A stretch of DNA of 64,000 nt from Macrostomum hystrix (taxonomy: Eukaryota > Animalia > Platyhelminthes), in assembly GCA_950097015.1 (NCBI GenBank), contig CATNEN010000001.1, forward strand, positions 24,986,001 to 25,050,000. The letters run 5' to 3'. Below are positions 10,718-21,833 of the stretch, piece by piece. The translations under genes and the position numbers were made by a program. The notes under the pieces are model-generated. The model ran no database searches. It was not told the origin of the DNA and was given only the letters and a program-made list of their open reading frames with translations. Numbering within the stretch: position 1 is the stretch's first letter; each line of letters begins with the position of its first letter.

Positions 10718-12876
10718 GTATTTAGCAGCTTCTTAAATACCACGGCGAACTCATTCTGAATGTCAGTCTTTGACTTCTCTGGGTGACTCTTTTTCGAATT
10801 GTGCGGCTCTGGTGGATCGGATGGTACTTCTACGACTCTGTGTAATATAGAGCGTAGTACATCTTGATTAAGAATGGATGCGTGCAGACAGTTTTGTCCA
10901 AGATCGTTTTCCTGCATCGGATCGATGCGCTTATCCACGAGGAGCAAGAAGGTTTTTATGAATTCCTCAATGTTTTCGTTGCTTTGAGAAGCACTCGTGT
11001 TGAAAAAGAGGGCGTGCAACAGCGTGTTTTGATCTAGATCAGTGCAATTTAAATTAGCTATTTGCTCTTCTGCCTTCTCTTGGACTGGCTTGAAGTTCCA
11101 ACCCATGCAGGCATAGAACAGGTGCGATCGGCCTGCACCATCTGGATTCATTTCTAGAATAATTTTCTGATAAACATCCAAGTGCTTACTCTTCAGGTGA
11201 TCCGTAAATCTGGAATCTTTGAACGCCAGATGCAAAGCGGTCTGCTTTTCATTGTTCATCGCAATCCAAGTCGAGTTGGCTGTCAGATGAAATAACCTGC
11301 TAGCCGTTTCTTTCTTGTTATTCTTCACGGCGTACAAAAGCGCCGAGTTACCGAATTTATCTCTGTGCCCGATTCGCTTTTCGAAAAGCTTTTTCGGCAA
11401 GGCTTCGTGCAATGCGTTCACCATGGACAGCGTTGTCTTATCGCTGCAGTTCTTGCTGATGATCGCGCTTTGCAGCACTGTTAGCTTATTTCTGTTACTC
11501 AAAAGCAGTGGACTAAAGAATGTAGTTGGGTGTCCGTCAGTTGCATTTTTCTCATTGTTTTCATTTTTATCGTTCTCCTTTTCGTCTAGCGACTCAAAAA
11601 ACTCAGTGAATACCAAATCAAACTTTTTCTGGAACTGGCCAGTAAACAACATCCGCAAGACTTCCTCATTGCATGACTTGTTTTTAACAGCGTAATGATA
11701 GAAGTAACTGCCAATCTCGTCCTGCTGTTTCAGACAGTCTTCATCAGCACTGGCCATCAAGAACTGTAACTCTTCCGGTCTCATGTGCTCTGCAGCTAGA
11801 TGCAGTACCGACTGATTCTTACCATTAACTTTATTAAGAAGCTTGGTAAAGGACTTTTTTTCTTTCTTCAGTTTTTCAGAGATTGCGTTGAAGAGGTTAG
11901 AAGCATTCGATTCGGCAACGTCTTGTGAGTGATTCCCTTCGTCTCCTTCAACTCCATCACATGCTAGAGTGTCAAATGTCTGCTCGCGCTGGCTACGAGA
12001 GAAGCATGGACCTACACAGCAGAGTAGCGATGGTGACTCCAAGGGTTTGCTCGGGTCATTCGTGACACCTAGGCCGTGGTATCGCAATCTTTCACGGTCT
12101 TCTCTTTTGTGCTCTCGCTTAAAAACCCACGCAATTGTTTTATCTCCCTTAGATTCTAGCATATCGCACTGCTCCGTTGAACTAGAGGCTTCCGATGCTT
12201 GTAGTTGTTGCATCTGTTCAGCTGCGGCTTGGGTCTCAGACTTGTTAGTGTTAATAGCAGCAAAGTGCAGAACTGTGTCTCCTGTCTCAGCTCGCAATTT
12301 TAGGTCCTCAGTGGTCACTATTTCAAGAATTTTCTGCCGCTGTTCCGTCGAGAAGCAAGCCATTAAATAGTGCAGCGGTGTAGTGAACTGGTTGTCTCGT
12401 TGTCTCAAGCAGGTAACACCAAAAATGTTAATAATAATTTCCAGCGCCGCCTCACCTCGAGATGTCATGGTTGCGTAGTGGGCGGCAGTCTTTCTTGTGC
12501 TATCTTTGATAAGCTTTTTGGGCTTATTGTTGCCCGTCAAAATATTTTTTACCTTTTCAAAGTCCTGCACCTTGGCATAGTTGAGAAGTTGAACCTCTGG
12601 GTCGCCTTCAAGTTTGGCACTCATGGAAGATGAATACGCTTCGGCAGTTTCTTGCTCCTCTTCAGTGTCTTTACCATCTAGTTCGCTTTTAACCGGCATC
12701 TGATTTTCCACTGCTGCGTCTTCGAAGTTTTCCAAGTGTTTGCTAATAACTTCGACATCCGGATTCTTTGGTGGTAAAGTGTCTCCGTCCTTCTCGACAG
12801 AGATCTCTCGGGAGCTAGATGAAGATGCAGTGGCGGTGTTCTCACCAGAATCTTCCACGCTGTCGGCCTCCTCCAT
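10718..12876 (-). CDS. TRP paralogue 1, N-terminal ankyrin-repeat half
   Basis: Repeats such as KTAAHYA, TTPLHYL, GDTVLHFAA, QSVLHLAA, GNSALLYAV, QTALHLA and GQNCLHAS. ATG at 12876, just downstream of an acceptor (ttttacag, ~12909). GWNFK and NTLLHAL are shared with paralogue 2. Confidence 0.88.
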
Positions 12877-14002
12877 AGCGAGCCTTAGCGCGCGACTATG
12901 CTTCGATCTGTAAAATATATAAGCAAAAATGTTGATTTTTTGTTGAGCTGGTAAATAAAATTCTGTCATGTCATGAGAGCATGATCTGTCTCTGCCTGTC
13001 TCTGCGGAATTGTGTTTCTGCTCTTTCTCGTTGCCATGGATGCATGTACACTCGAGATGGCTATTAAAGCGAAAACTCTTTCCGCCTTGAATTATTGCAG
13101 CAGATACTACTCTACTCGGTGCATCCTATGGGCTCTTATTGTTCATTAGTTCGAAATGGAGAAGTGATAAGATTCTTTAGAATATGCCCTAGCACCAACC
13201 TAGGCTCAGTGAGTGCACACGCTTGCTGACAATGAGAAGACTCACTAGATAGTTAGTATGAAAGCTAGTGAAGTCTAATAATGAAATTTAGAAGGAAGGT
13301 AAAATTTGCCGAGGATAAATTTCACAGAGCTACTCGTAAATGCAAAAGCAAAATATGTAATTTTCTAGTCTGTATTTTGGGGCATTTCTACATTAGCTTT
13401 GCAAAATCACTGAAATATTAATAAAAAGCTAAAAATTAGTATGACGGTATTTGTACACGTAAAATGTTTAAGGGAATATCATATTCAAATAAGTTATTTT
13501 GCGAATGCATCTCTAAAAGGTCTACTGTAGTGAAATATATACTTCGATTTTAAGTATAGTCGTTTCGAAGTCCCGAAAAAAACTTACCTCTTACCAAGGG
13601 CTGCTGAAGTCTATCGATCAGTCGATGACTTCAGATCAGTTGGACAAATGTTTCAGGAGCAATGAAGAAGTGAAGCGAGAGCTCAGGGCTAGCGGGAGAT
13701 TAGCTCCGAAAATTGCTCTTCTCAGGGTCTGTCTGTATCTTTCTCTCTATAAATGAAAGGCAGGTGCAAGCGCTGCAAACGCACTGATATTCTCAACCTC
13801 GGTTGAAGCTCAGCCCCAATCAAACAGCTTTAAGCGTGTCTTGAGAACAATGAAGAGCTACATACAGCCTCCTCTGCGACTGGCCGAAATCAACGGCTTT
13901 ATGCTTTGCGTCGCTTTTGTATTAATTGCGGGACCCAACACTCTTACGGTCTTCTCTCATTATAAGTTGAGACCCTAAGACCCTAAGTTGAGACCCTAAG
14001 AA

Positions 14003-15857
14003 ACTTGAGCAAATCATTAAAGTACGTGGCCAGGAAAAAAAGACGTAGACCAACTGACAGCGCGCTGGCATCAGAATATAATGGGCTAGTGAAAAAATAC
14101 AAACAACAGCTCAAGAAACTTAAGCAGATGGACATAAATGACTGCATTCAGAAAATGGCGGCTAACGGAACCTCAAAGGGATTCTGGTCCGGTCTTAGAA
14201 GAGCAGAAGAGTTGCTGTTCCCCAGCAGGAGACTTAACAGATCTCAAGCCCCAATCGCTGACATCGCGGACAACCTAACCAAAGTGTTTAACGCACATCC
14301 TTCTTTGGGAACCCAGCCGCATCGCACAGATGAAGCCCCAGTTAGTCCCGAAGATTTAATTAGCTGCGTAGATCTTGATAGAGCAATCAAAAAGCTAAAG
14401 AGAAGAAAGGCTGCAGGAATAGATGGTATAACAAATGAGCACATTATCTACGGACAAGAGAAGCTAAAACCCGTACTTCTGAAGCTTTTTAACGCAAGCG
14501 TAAGACTCGGCCAAACTCCTGCACAGTGGTCAAATGCCCTAATCACACCGATTTATAAAAAGGGTTCCCGTAGTGACCCAAAAAACTACAGACCCATAAG
14601 CGTGCTGCCTGCCCTGGCTCGCCTGTTTGCCTCACTTATCTATGAAAAGCTAGAAACTCATATTCGCACCCTCGACTTGCTAAAGGAACCGTGGATTCCC
14701 ATGCCACAGAGATTAACAAAAAATGTGGATACCCTATTCGTCTCTTAAGGAAATTAGCCAGCCATGGGGCGGTCAGATACAATCAGCTCATGCTGTACTG
14801 CACAGCAATGATAGAAAGCATAGCTCTGTACGCCTCTGAGGCCCGGGGGGCTTTTGTCTCGTGGAACCTGGGTCCTTGGGACCGCTGTCTTTTTGAAAGA
14901 GTAAACATCAGGTGCTGTAAAGCCATACTACAAGTCAGCCAAAATACGGATGGCAACGGGGCCCGCTCGGAGTTAGGCAGATTGCCTTTATTATACAACA
15001 TCCAGAAAAGAAGCATTTCGTACTGGGCCTCCATAACAAGCCGGCCGGACTCCATAATTTCCAAGTTATTGGCGGACCAAACATACAGTGATGTTGGAAT
15101 CAAAGCAAAGACCAACAATGACGTTATGCTGAACTGCAGAGGCATTAGTCCTGCAAAAGCAATTGGAAACCACAGGAAAAATTTCGTTTCTCAGTTCGAT
15201 ACCCATTGGAGACAAAGGACACAGAACTCAAGCAAACTAAGTCACTTCTATTACTCCTATTACTTATATTATTACTTATATTACTTACTTATTACTTCTA
15301 TTACTTAAGTCACTAACATTGCGAACTGCGAGACCGAAAATTCCGTATGTAAATAGATTATGTAGGAAGTGCAAAACAGAAGTTGAAAACGAGGTCCACT
15401 TCCTTTTTAAGTGCACTTGGAATAAGTATAGCGCAGCACGTTCGAAATTTGAGACGGAAGTTTCTGGGAAAACCCCCAATTTCATATCCTTAACAGCAGA
15501 AGAAAAATCTAACTACATAATGGCTCAAGACGATAGGGAAACCGCTGAAGCTTTAGCAAAATACGGTACATCATAGAAATATCTAAAATAAGGGAACAGC
15601 TGCCCTGAGACTACGAGATCTTACTAGCATTCAACAATAGATATTTCATATTTTGTTTTATCCCTGGCGTCCCTTGTGTTTTTACTGCTCTTATTTTTAT
15701 TACCTTTGCTTTCCCTTCCCAGCTCGATATTTGATTCCTACTAAACTTCGCTTTTTATGTTGCTTTTCGTTGTTCATTTAAATGTTTTGTTAAAAAATAT
15801 ATGTAAAGAAATCAGCACCCATAGATGGCGTGCGCGTTTTAATAATAATAATAATTA
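14003..15857 (+). mobile_element. Defective non-LTR retrotransposon (LINE ORF2 remnant, 5'-truncated, RT core deleted; clade unresolved, RTE-X/CR1-group-like)
   Basis: KAAGIDGI..WSNALITPIYKKG..DPKNYRPISVL jumps at ~14690 to the post-RT region (RSELGRLPL; RLCRKCKTEVENEVHFLFKC). No YADD motif. 3' UTR ends in an (AAT)n tail at 15840-15857. Confidence 0.9.
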
Positions 15858-16095
15858 TGGTCTATATTTTAGTGGCCTATATCTCTAAGTGCATTCGGTA
15901 CACGTATCGGACTCAAGCCTCGGTGTAGTGTCAGCTTGTTCGTCCTTCCATCTCCCCGTGATATTATTCAGTGCTTATTTTTTATTTTTAGACGCGTGTT
16001 TACTAGCAAGTTTTGCCCCCCTTCGGGGAGCAGAAATATTTTTAATTCGTCTATTATATACCTTTAAGCAGCTGAATTTACAGCTTTTTAATTCT

Positions 16096-18213
16096 ACATT
16101 GATCCCCCAGTTGACAATGATCCCCCAGTTAGCAATGATCCCGCAGTCGACAATGATTCCCCAGTTGACAATGATCCCCCAGTTGATGATGACTCCCCAT
16201 TGATGATGACCCCCAGTTGACAATGATCCCCAGTTGACAATGATCCCCCAGTTTACAATGATCCCACAGTTGACAATGATCCCCCAGTTGACAATGATCC
16301 CCCATGTGACAATGATTCCCCAGTTGACAATGATCCCCCAATTGATGATGATCACCCAGTTGACAATGATCCCCCAGTTGGTGATGACTCCCCATTGATG
16401 AAGATCCCCAGCTGACAATGCTACCCAGTTGACAATGATCCCACAGTCGACAATGATCCCCCAGTTGACAATGATACCCCAGTTGATGATGATCCCCCAG
16501 TTTACAATGATCCCCCAGTTGACAATGATCCCCCAGTTGACAATGATTCCCCAGTCGACAATGATTCCCCAGTTGACAATGATCCCCCAATTGATGATGA
16601 TCACCCAGTTGACAATGATCCCCCAGTTGGTGATGACTCCCCATTGATGAAGATCCCCAGTTGACAATGTTACTCCAGTTGACAATGATCCCCAGTTGAC
16701 AAAGATCCCCCAGTTTACAATGATACCCAGTTGACAATGATCCCACAGTCGACAATGATTCCCCAGTTGACAAAGATCCCCCAGTTCACAATGATCCCCC
16801 AGTTGATGATGACTCCCCATTGATGATGACAACAAGTTGACAATGTTCCCCCAGTTGACAATGATCCCCAGTTGACAATGATCCCCCAGTTTACAATGAT
16901 ACCCAGTTGACAATGATCCCACAGTCGACAATGATCCCCCAGTTGACAATGATACCCCAGTTGATGATGATCCCCCAGTTTACAATGATCCCCCAGTTGA
17001 CAATGATCCCCCAGTTGACAATGATTCCCCAGTCGACAATGATTCCCCAGTTGACAATGATCCCCCAATTGATGATGATCACCCAGTTGACAATGATCCC
17101 CCAGTTGGTGATGACTCCCCATTGATGAAGATCCCCAGTTGACAATGTTACTCCAGTTGACAATGATCCCCAGTTGACAATGATCCCCCAGTTTACAATG
17201 ATACCCAGTTGACAATGATCCCACAGTCGACAATGATTCCCCAGTTGACAATGATCCCCCAATTGATGATGATCACCCAGTTGACAATGATCCCCCAGTT
17301 GATGATGACTCCCCATTGATGATGACAACAAGTTGACAATGTTCCCCCAGTTGACAATGATCCCCAGTTGACAATGATCCCCCAGTTTACAATGATACCC
17401 AGTTGACAATGATCCCACAGTCGACAATGATCCCCCAGTTGACAATGATACCCCAGGTGATGATGATCCCCCAGTTGACAATGATCCCCCAGTTGACAAT
17501 GATCCCCCAGTTTACAATGATTCCCCAGTTGACAATGATCCCCCAATTGATGATGATCACCCAGTTGACAATGATCCCCCAGTTGGTGATGACTCCCCAT
17601 TGATGAAGATCCCCAGTTGACAATGTTACTCCAGTTGACAATGATCCCCAGTTGATGATGATCCCCCAGTTGACAATGATCCCCCAGTTGACAATGATCG
17701 CCCAGTTGACAATGATCCCCAGTCAATAAATGTTCCCCCAGTTGACAATGATCCCCCAGTAAATGATGATCACCCAGTTGATGATGATTACCCAGTTGAC
17801 AATGATCCCCCAGTTGACAATGATCCCCAAGTTGACAATGATCTCCCAGTTGATGATGACTCCCCATTGATGAAGATCCCCAGTTGACAATGTTCCCCCA
17901 ATTGACAATGATCCCCCAGCTGACAATGATACCCAGTTGACAATGATCCCACAGTCGACAATGATCCCCCAGTTGACAATGATACCCCAGTTGATGATGA
18001 TCCCCCAGTTGACAATGATCCCCCAGTTGACAATGATTCCCCAGTCGACAATGATTCCCCAGCTGACAATGATCCCCAGTTGATGATGATCCCCCAGTTG
18101 ACAATGATCCCCCAGTTGACAATGATCGCCCAGTTGACAATGATCCCCCAGTTGACAATGATCCCCAGCCAATAAATGTTCCCCCAGTTGACAATGATCC
18201 CCCAGTAAATGAT
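16096..18213. repeat. 18-bp satellite (agttgacaatgatccccc)n with ~478-bp higher-order repeat
   Basis: About 120 units of 17-18 bp. The variant gtgatgactccccattgatgaag recurs at ~16631, 17109 and 17587. Confidence 0.95.
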
Positions 18214-18243
18214 GAAAATCAATTACAACCAACCAACCAAGCA

Positions 18244-18513
18244 ATATTTTATTTACGAAATGAAAAAAATAAATTAAAATAGTCTTCAATCACTACTGGC
18301 TGAAAATTAGTCTAAATGATTTGACGCAGTGCAGAATCGAACCCTAGCCTAGCCTAACCTATTCCTAGTGCCTACACATCGGCTATTCCGACTGTTGGTT
18401 AGTGGGTGCAAAAATCAGCCTTATAAAATGAATTCTCAAAGTTCTGGCTTTGTACAATGAAGTAAGAAAATAGAGTACACTCAGTCTCGCGGTTGGTTGT
18501 GTACATTTATTTC
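18244..18513. repeat. ~270-bp segment duplicated at 19913-20182
   Basis: atattttatttacgaaatg...gtacatttatttc is nearly identical in both places, with only a few mismatches. Confidence 0.95.
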
Positions 18514-18960
18514 CCACAGTCGACAGTTGACAATGATCCCCCAGTTGACAATGATTCCCCAGTCGACAATGATTCCCCAGCTGACAATGATCCCCAGTTG
18601 ATGATGATCCCCCAGTTGACAATGATCCCCCAGTTGACAATGATCGCCCAGTTGACAATGATCCCCCAGTTGACAATGATCCCCAGTCAATAAATGTTCC
18701 CCCATTTGACAATGATCCCCCAGTAAATGATGATCACCCAGTTGATGATGATTACCCAGTTGACAATGATCCCCTAGTTGACAATGATCCCCAAGTTGAC
18801 AATGTTCCCCCAGTTGACAATGAACCCCCATTTGATGATGATCCCCCCAGTTTACAATAATCCCACAGTTGACAATGATCCCCCAGTTGACGATTATCCC
18901 GCAGTCTACCATGATCCCCTATTTTATGAAGACTCCCCAGTTGACAATGTTCCCCAGTTG
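18513..18960. repeat. Second block of the 18-bp satellite, degenerating rightwards
   Basis: Same unit as 16096-18213. Confidence 0.95.
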
Positions 18961-19092
18961 AATTTTTTATTAGCTGCTATTGTAGAAAATTGAGAAGAAC
19001 AACATTAGTTGAATATCAGACAAAATTATTTTCATACAAATGTATATCATTATGACGTTATATGAGAATTCATCAATGGCAAAAAAAATTGC

Positions 19093-19895
19093 TATGATTC
19101 ACACCCTGGTTTTCCTATGATTCAAACTCTGGTTTAGCAATGATTCAAACTCTGTTTTAGCCACGATTGAAATTCTGGTTTAGCCATGATTCAAAATCTG
19201 GTTTAGCCATGATTCAATCTCTGATTTTGCCATGATTCAAACTCTGGGTAAGCCATGATTCAAACGCTGGTTTAGCCATGATTCAAACTCTGGTTGGCCA
19301 TGATTCAAACTCTGGTTTAGCCATGATTCAAACTCTGGTTTAGCCATGATTCAAACTCTGGTTTAGCAATGATTCAAACTCTGGTTTAGCCATGATTCAG
19401 ACTCTGGTTTAACCATGATTCAAACTCTGGTTAGCCATGATTCAAACTCTGGTTTGCCATGATTCAAGCTCTGGTTTAGCCATGATTCAAACTCTGGTTT
19501 AGCCATGATTCAGACTCTGGTTTAGCTATGATTCAAACTCTGGTTTAGCCATGATTCAAACTCCGGTTTAGCCATGATTCAAACTCTGGTTTAGCCACGA
19601 TTCAAACTCTGGTTTAGCCATGATTAAAACTCTGGTTTAGCCACGATTCAAACTCTGGTTTAGCCATGATTCAAACTCTGGTTTAGCCATGATTCAAACT
19701 CTGGTTTAGCCATGATTCAGACTCTGGTTTAGCTATGATTCAAACTCTGGTTTAGCCATGATTAAAACTCTGGTTTAGCCACGATTCAAACTCTGGTTTA
19801 GCCATGATTCAAACTCTGGTTTAGCCATGATTAAAACTCTGGTTTAGCCACGATTCAAACTCTGGTTTAGCTATGATTCAAACTCTGGTTTAGCA
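19093..19895. repeat. 23-bp satellite (agccatgattcaaactctggttt)n, ~35 copies
   Basis: Direct periodicity of 23 bp. Confidence 0.95.
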
Positions 19896-21833
19896 GGTTT
19901 GCTATGTTTATGATATTTTATTTACGAAATGAAAAAAATAAATTAAAAAAATCTTCAATCACTACTGGCTGAAAATTAGTCTAAATGATTTGACGCAGTG
20001 CAGAATCGAACCCTAGCCTAGCCTAACCTATTCCTAGTGCCTACACATCGGCTATTCCGACTGTTGGTTAGTGGGTGCAGAAATCAGCCTTATAAAATGA
20101 ATTCTCAAAGTTCTGGCTTTGTACAATGAAGTAAGAAAATAGAGTACACTCAGTCTCGCGGTTGGTTGTGTACATTTATTTCAAATTTGTCTCCAGAGTG
20201 CAGGCTTCTAACTCACTCAGCGAGGGGGTGTTGCGCAATTTGACGATGCAATTCCAATTCAGCGGCAGTGAGTAAAATTCTCAATAGGCCAAGATGGTTT
20301 GACCTTTGAAAAATCATGTTTTCGAATATTTAATCCCCTTAGCAATAAAGTTAAGCTTAATAAAAATACGTGTAAAATTGTCCCCATATTTGGCATCTTT
20401 TGGTGAAGAAATGGTGAAAATCGGTTGAGCCGTTCGGGAGAAAATCAATTACAAGCAACCAACCAACCAACCAAGCATTTCATTTTTAGTATAGTGGATT
20501 TAGCTATAAGTCACCCACGCCTCGCCGGGCCGGACCCCCCGGGGGAGCGGACGCCCACCACCCCACGAGCGCTACCCCTGGGCTACAGTCCCGGCCAATC
20601 AGCGAACGACCCGGCCTCACTACCTGTAGACCTTCGGCAACAAGCCGCCCCGGGGCTCAGAACGGCGGTCGCGAGTCTACTGTGATTTGTCGTCTTGGCT
20701 CAAGCTACAGCCAGGCATCCACCTCGATGATCGACCTAATTTAGGGTTAAAATGACTCTATAAAAGGAAGCGTGTTTTTGCAGTGACATTTTATCGTTCT
20801 CCGCAATTCGCCTAGCTCACACTGTGAGAAGCACGTGCAAGCAAGTCCACTTTGTTTTGTCTCGCCCCGCCCGACCACGCTCCGCTTATTCATTTAGGTA
20901 GCTTCCGGCGCTACGCGTCTTGAGAGTGCGCCGCTGACAAGGGTGGTCTAGATAGGCGCTGGTTGTCGAAGTCAGTACGTGCTCTCTTCGGAGACTCCGC
21001 CGTAAGGCAGAAGGAGTGCCAACCGATAGGATCTGTCGGGGCAGCGCTGAAAGCAGAGACAACCGGAGCCTCTCGGGAAGAGTAGAACGCGGATAAGGCC
21101 AGTTGAAGTATACTTTTTATATCCAATATTCCCTGACCAAATTTTTGCTTTTCACTGTGGGCGCGCTATAATTGCTTTTCCGTGCGAATATCCTCATTCT
21201 GTCGGTGTAACTTTTGAATCAAGTTGAGCAAGTAAACGAGAGTCAAATTGTAAGACGCTGGCTTGTCAGGTAGCACGCACATAGAACGCGAAGAGCCATG
21301 GCCAAAAATTAAAGTATACTTTCTGCATGTTGTTTTAATTGAAAGTTCTAATTATAACGCTTGAATATTTTATTTAGGTATTTATTTAGGTATTTGATGT
21401 TTTTGTTGACAATGTCTGTAGGTTTCGCCTGCATGAATACTTAAATATTTAGTAGTAAAACAATAACAAATGTTGGTCGTTTGTACGAGTATAATTTCAG
21501 ATAAAAAAACAAAGCCACAAATAATGTTTAATTTCTTTTACAATAGTTTAATAATCCTAATAGTAAAAATCCAAATAGCTTCTCTCGCTCAGCAATTAAG
21601 TAAAGCCAGTACAACACAATTAACGATATAAAATATCATAGGTAAATCAAATACCAATAGTACGAGTACCGTCTAAGGCTTGAGATCGTATGAGTGTAAT
21701 CATTTTCTAGGATTATTTGTTAATCTTGAGTAGTATACGGATACGCTATTAAAGGGTTTTAACTTAAAGTGCCTTATTTACTTGATTTCCTTGTCTTTCT
21801 GTTTTTCTTGATTGGTAGCTGAGTGCTGCTTTT

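Larger units (their letters stand above)
3035..12876 (-). pseudogene. Ankyrin-repeat TRP cation channel paralogue 1 (~1663 aa when reconstituted), interrupted by an LTR retrotransposon
   Basis: Removing 5964-10717 and one TSD copy joins 12876-10718 to 5958-3633 in frame (...FKKLLNT|SNGFHVIH...). A 91-bp phase-0 intron (3632-3542, GT..AG) is followed by a last exon 3541-3035. No other stops or frameshifts. Confidence 0.85.
16003..20498 (-). mobile_element. Non-autonomous Helitron carrying two satellite arrays (4496 bp)
   Basis: Minus strand begins a|TCCACTATACTAAAAATG, then (GGTT)n, then aacggctcaaccgatttt. It ends with a GC hairpin (tgctccccgaaggggggca) and CTAG|t at 16003. A|T target, no TSD. 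Confidence 0.75.

Noticed and set aside
13972-14000. Telomere-like ccctaa units
   Set aside because: Only three interrupted copies in a gaccctaag context; better explained as junction filler.
15975-18993. ORFs with WGIIVN / LGDHCQ / MIPQLT hexapeptide repeats
   Set aside because: Translations of the 18-bp satellite; 17-bp units shift the frame constantly.
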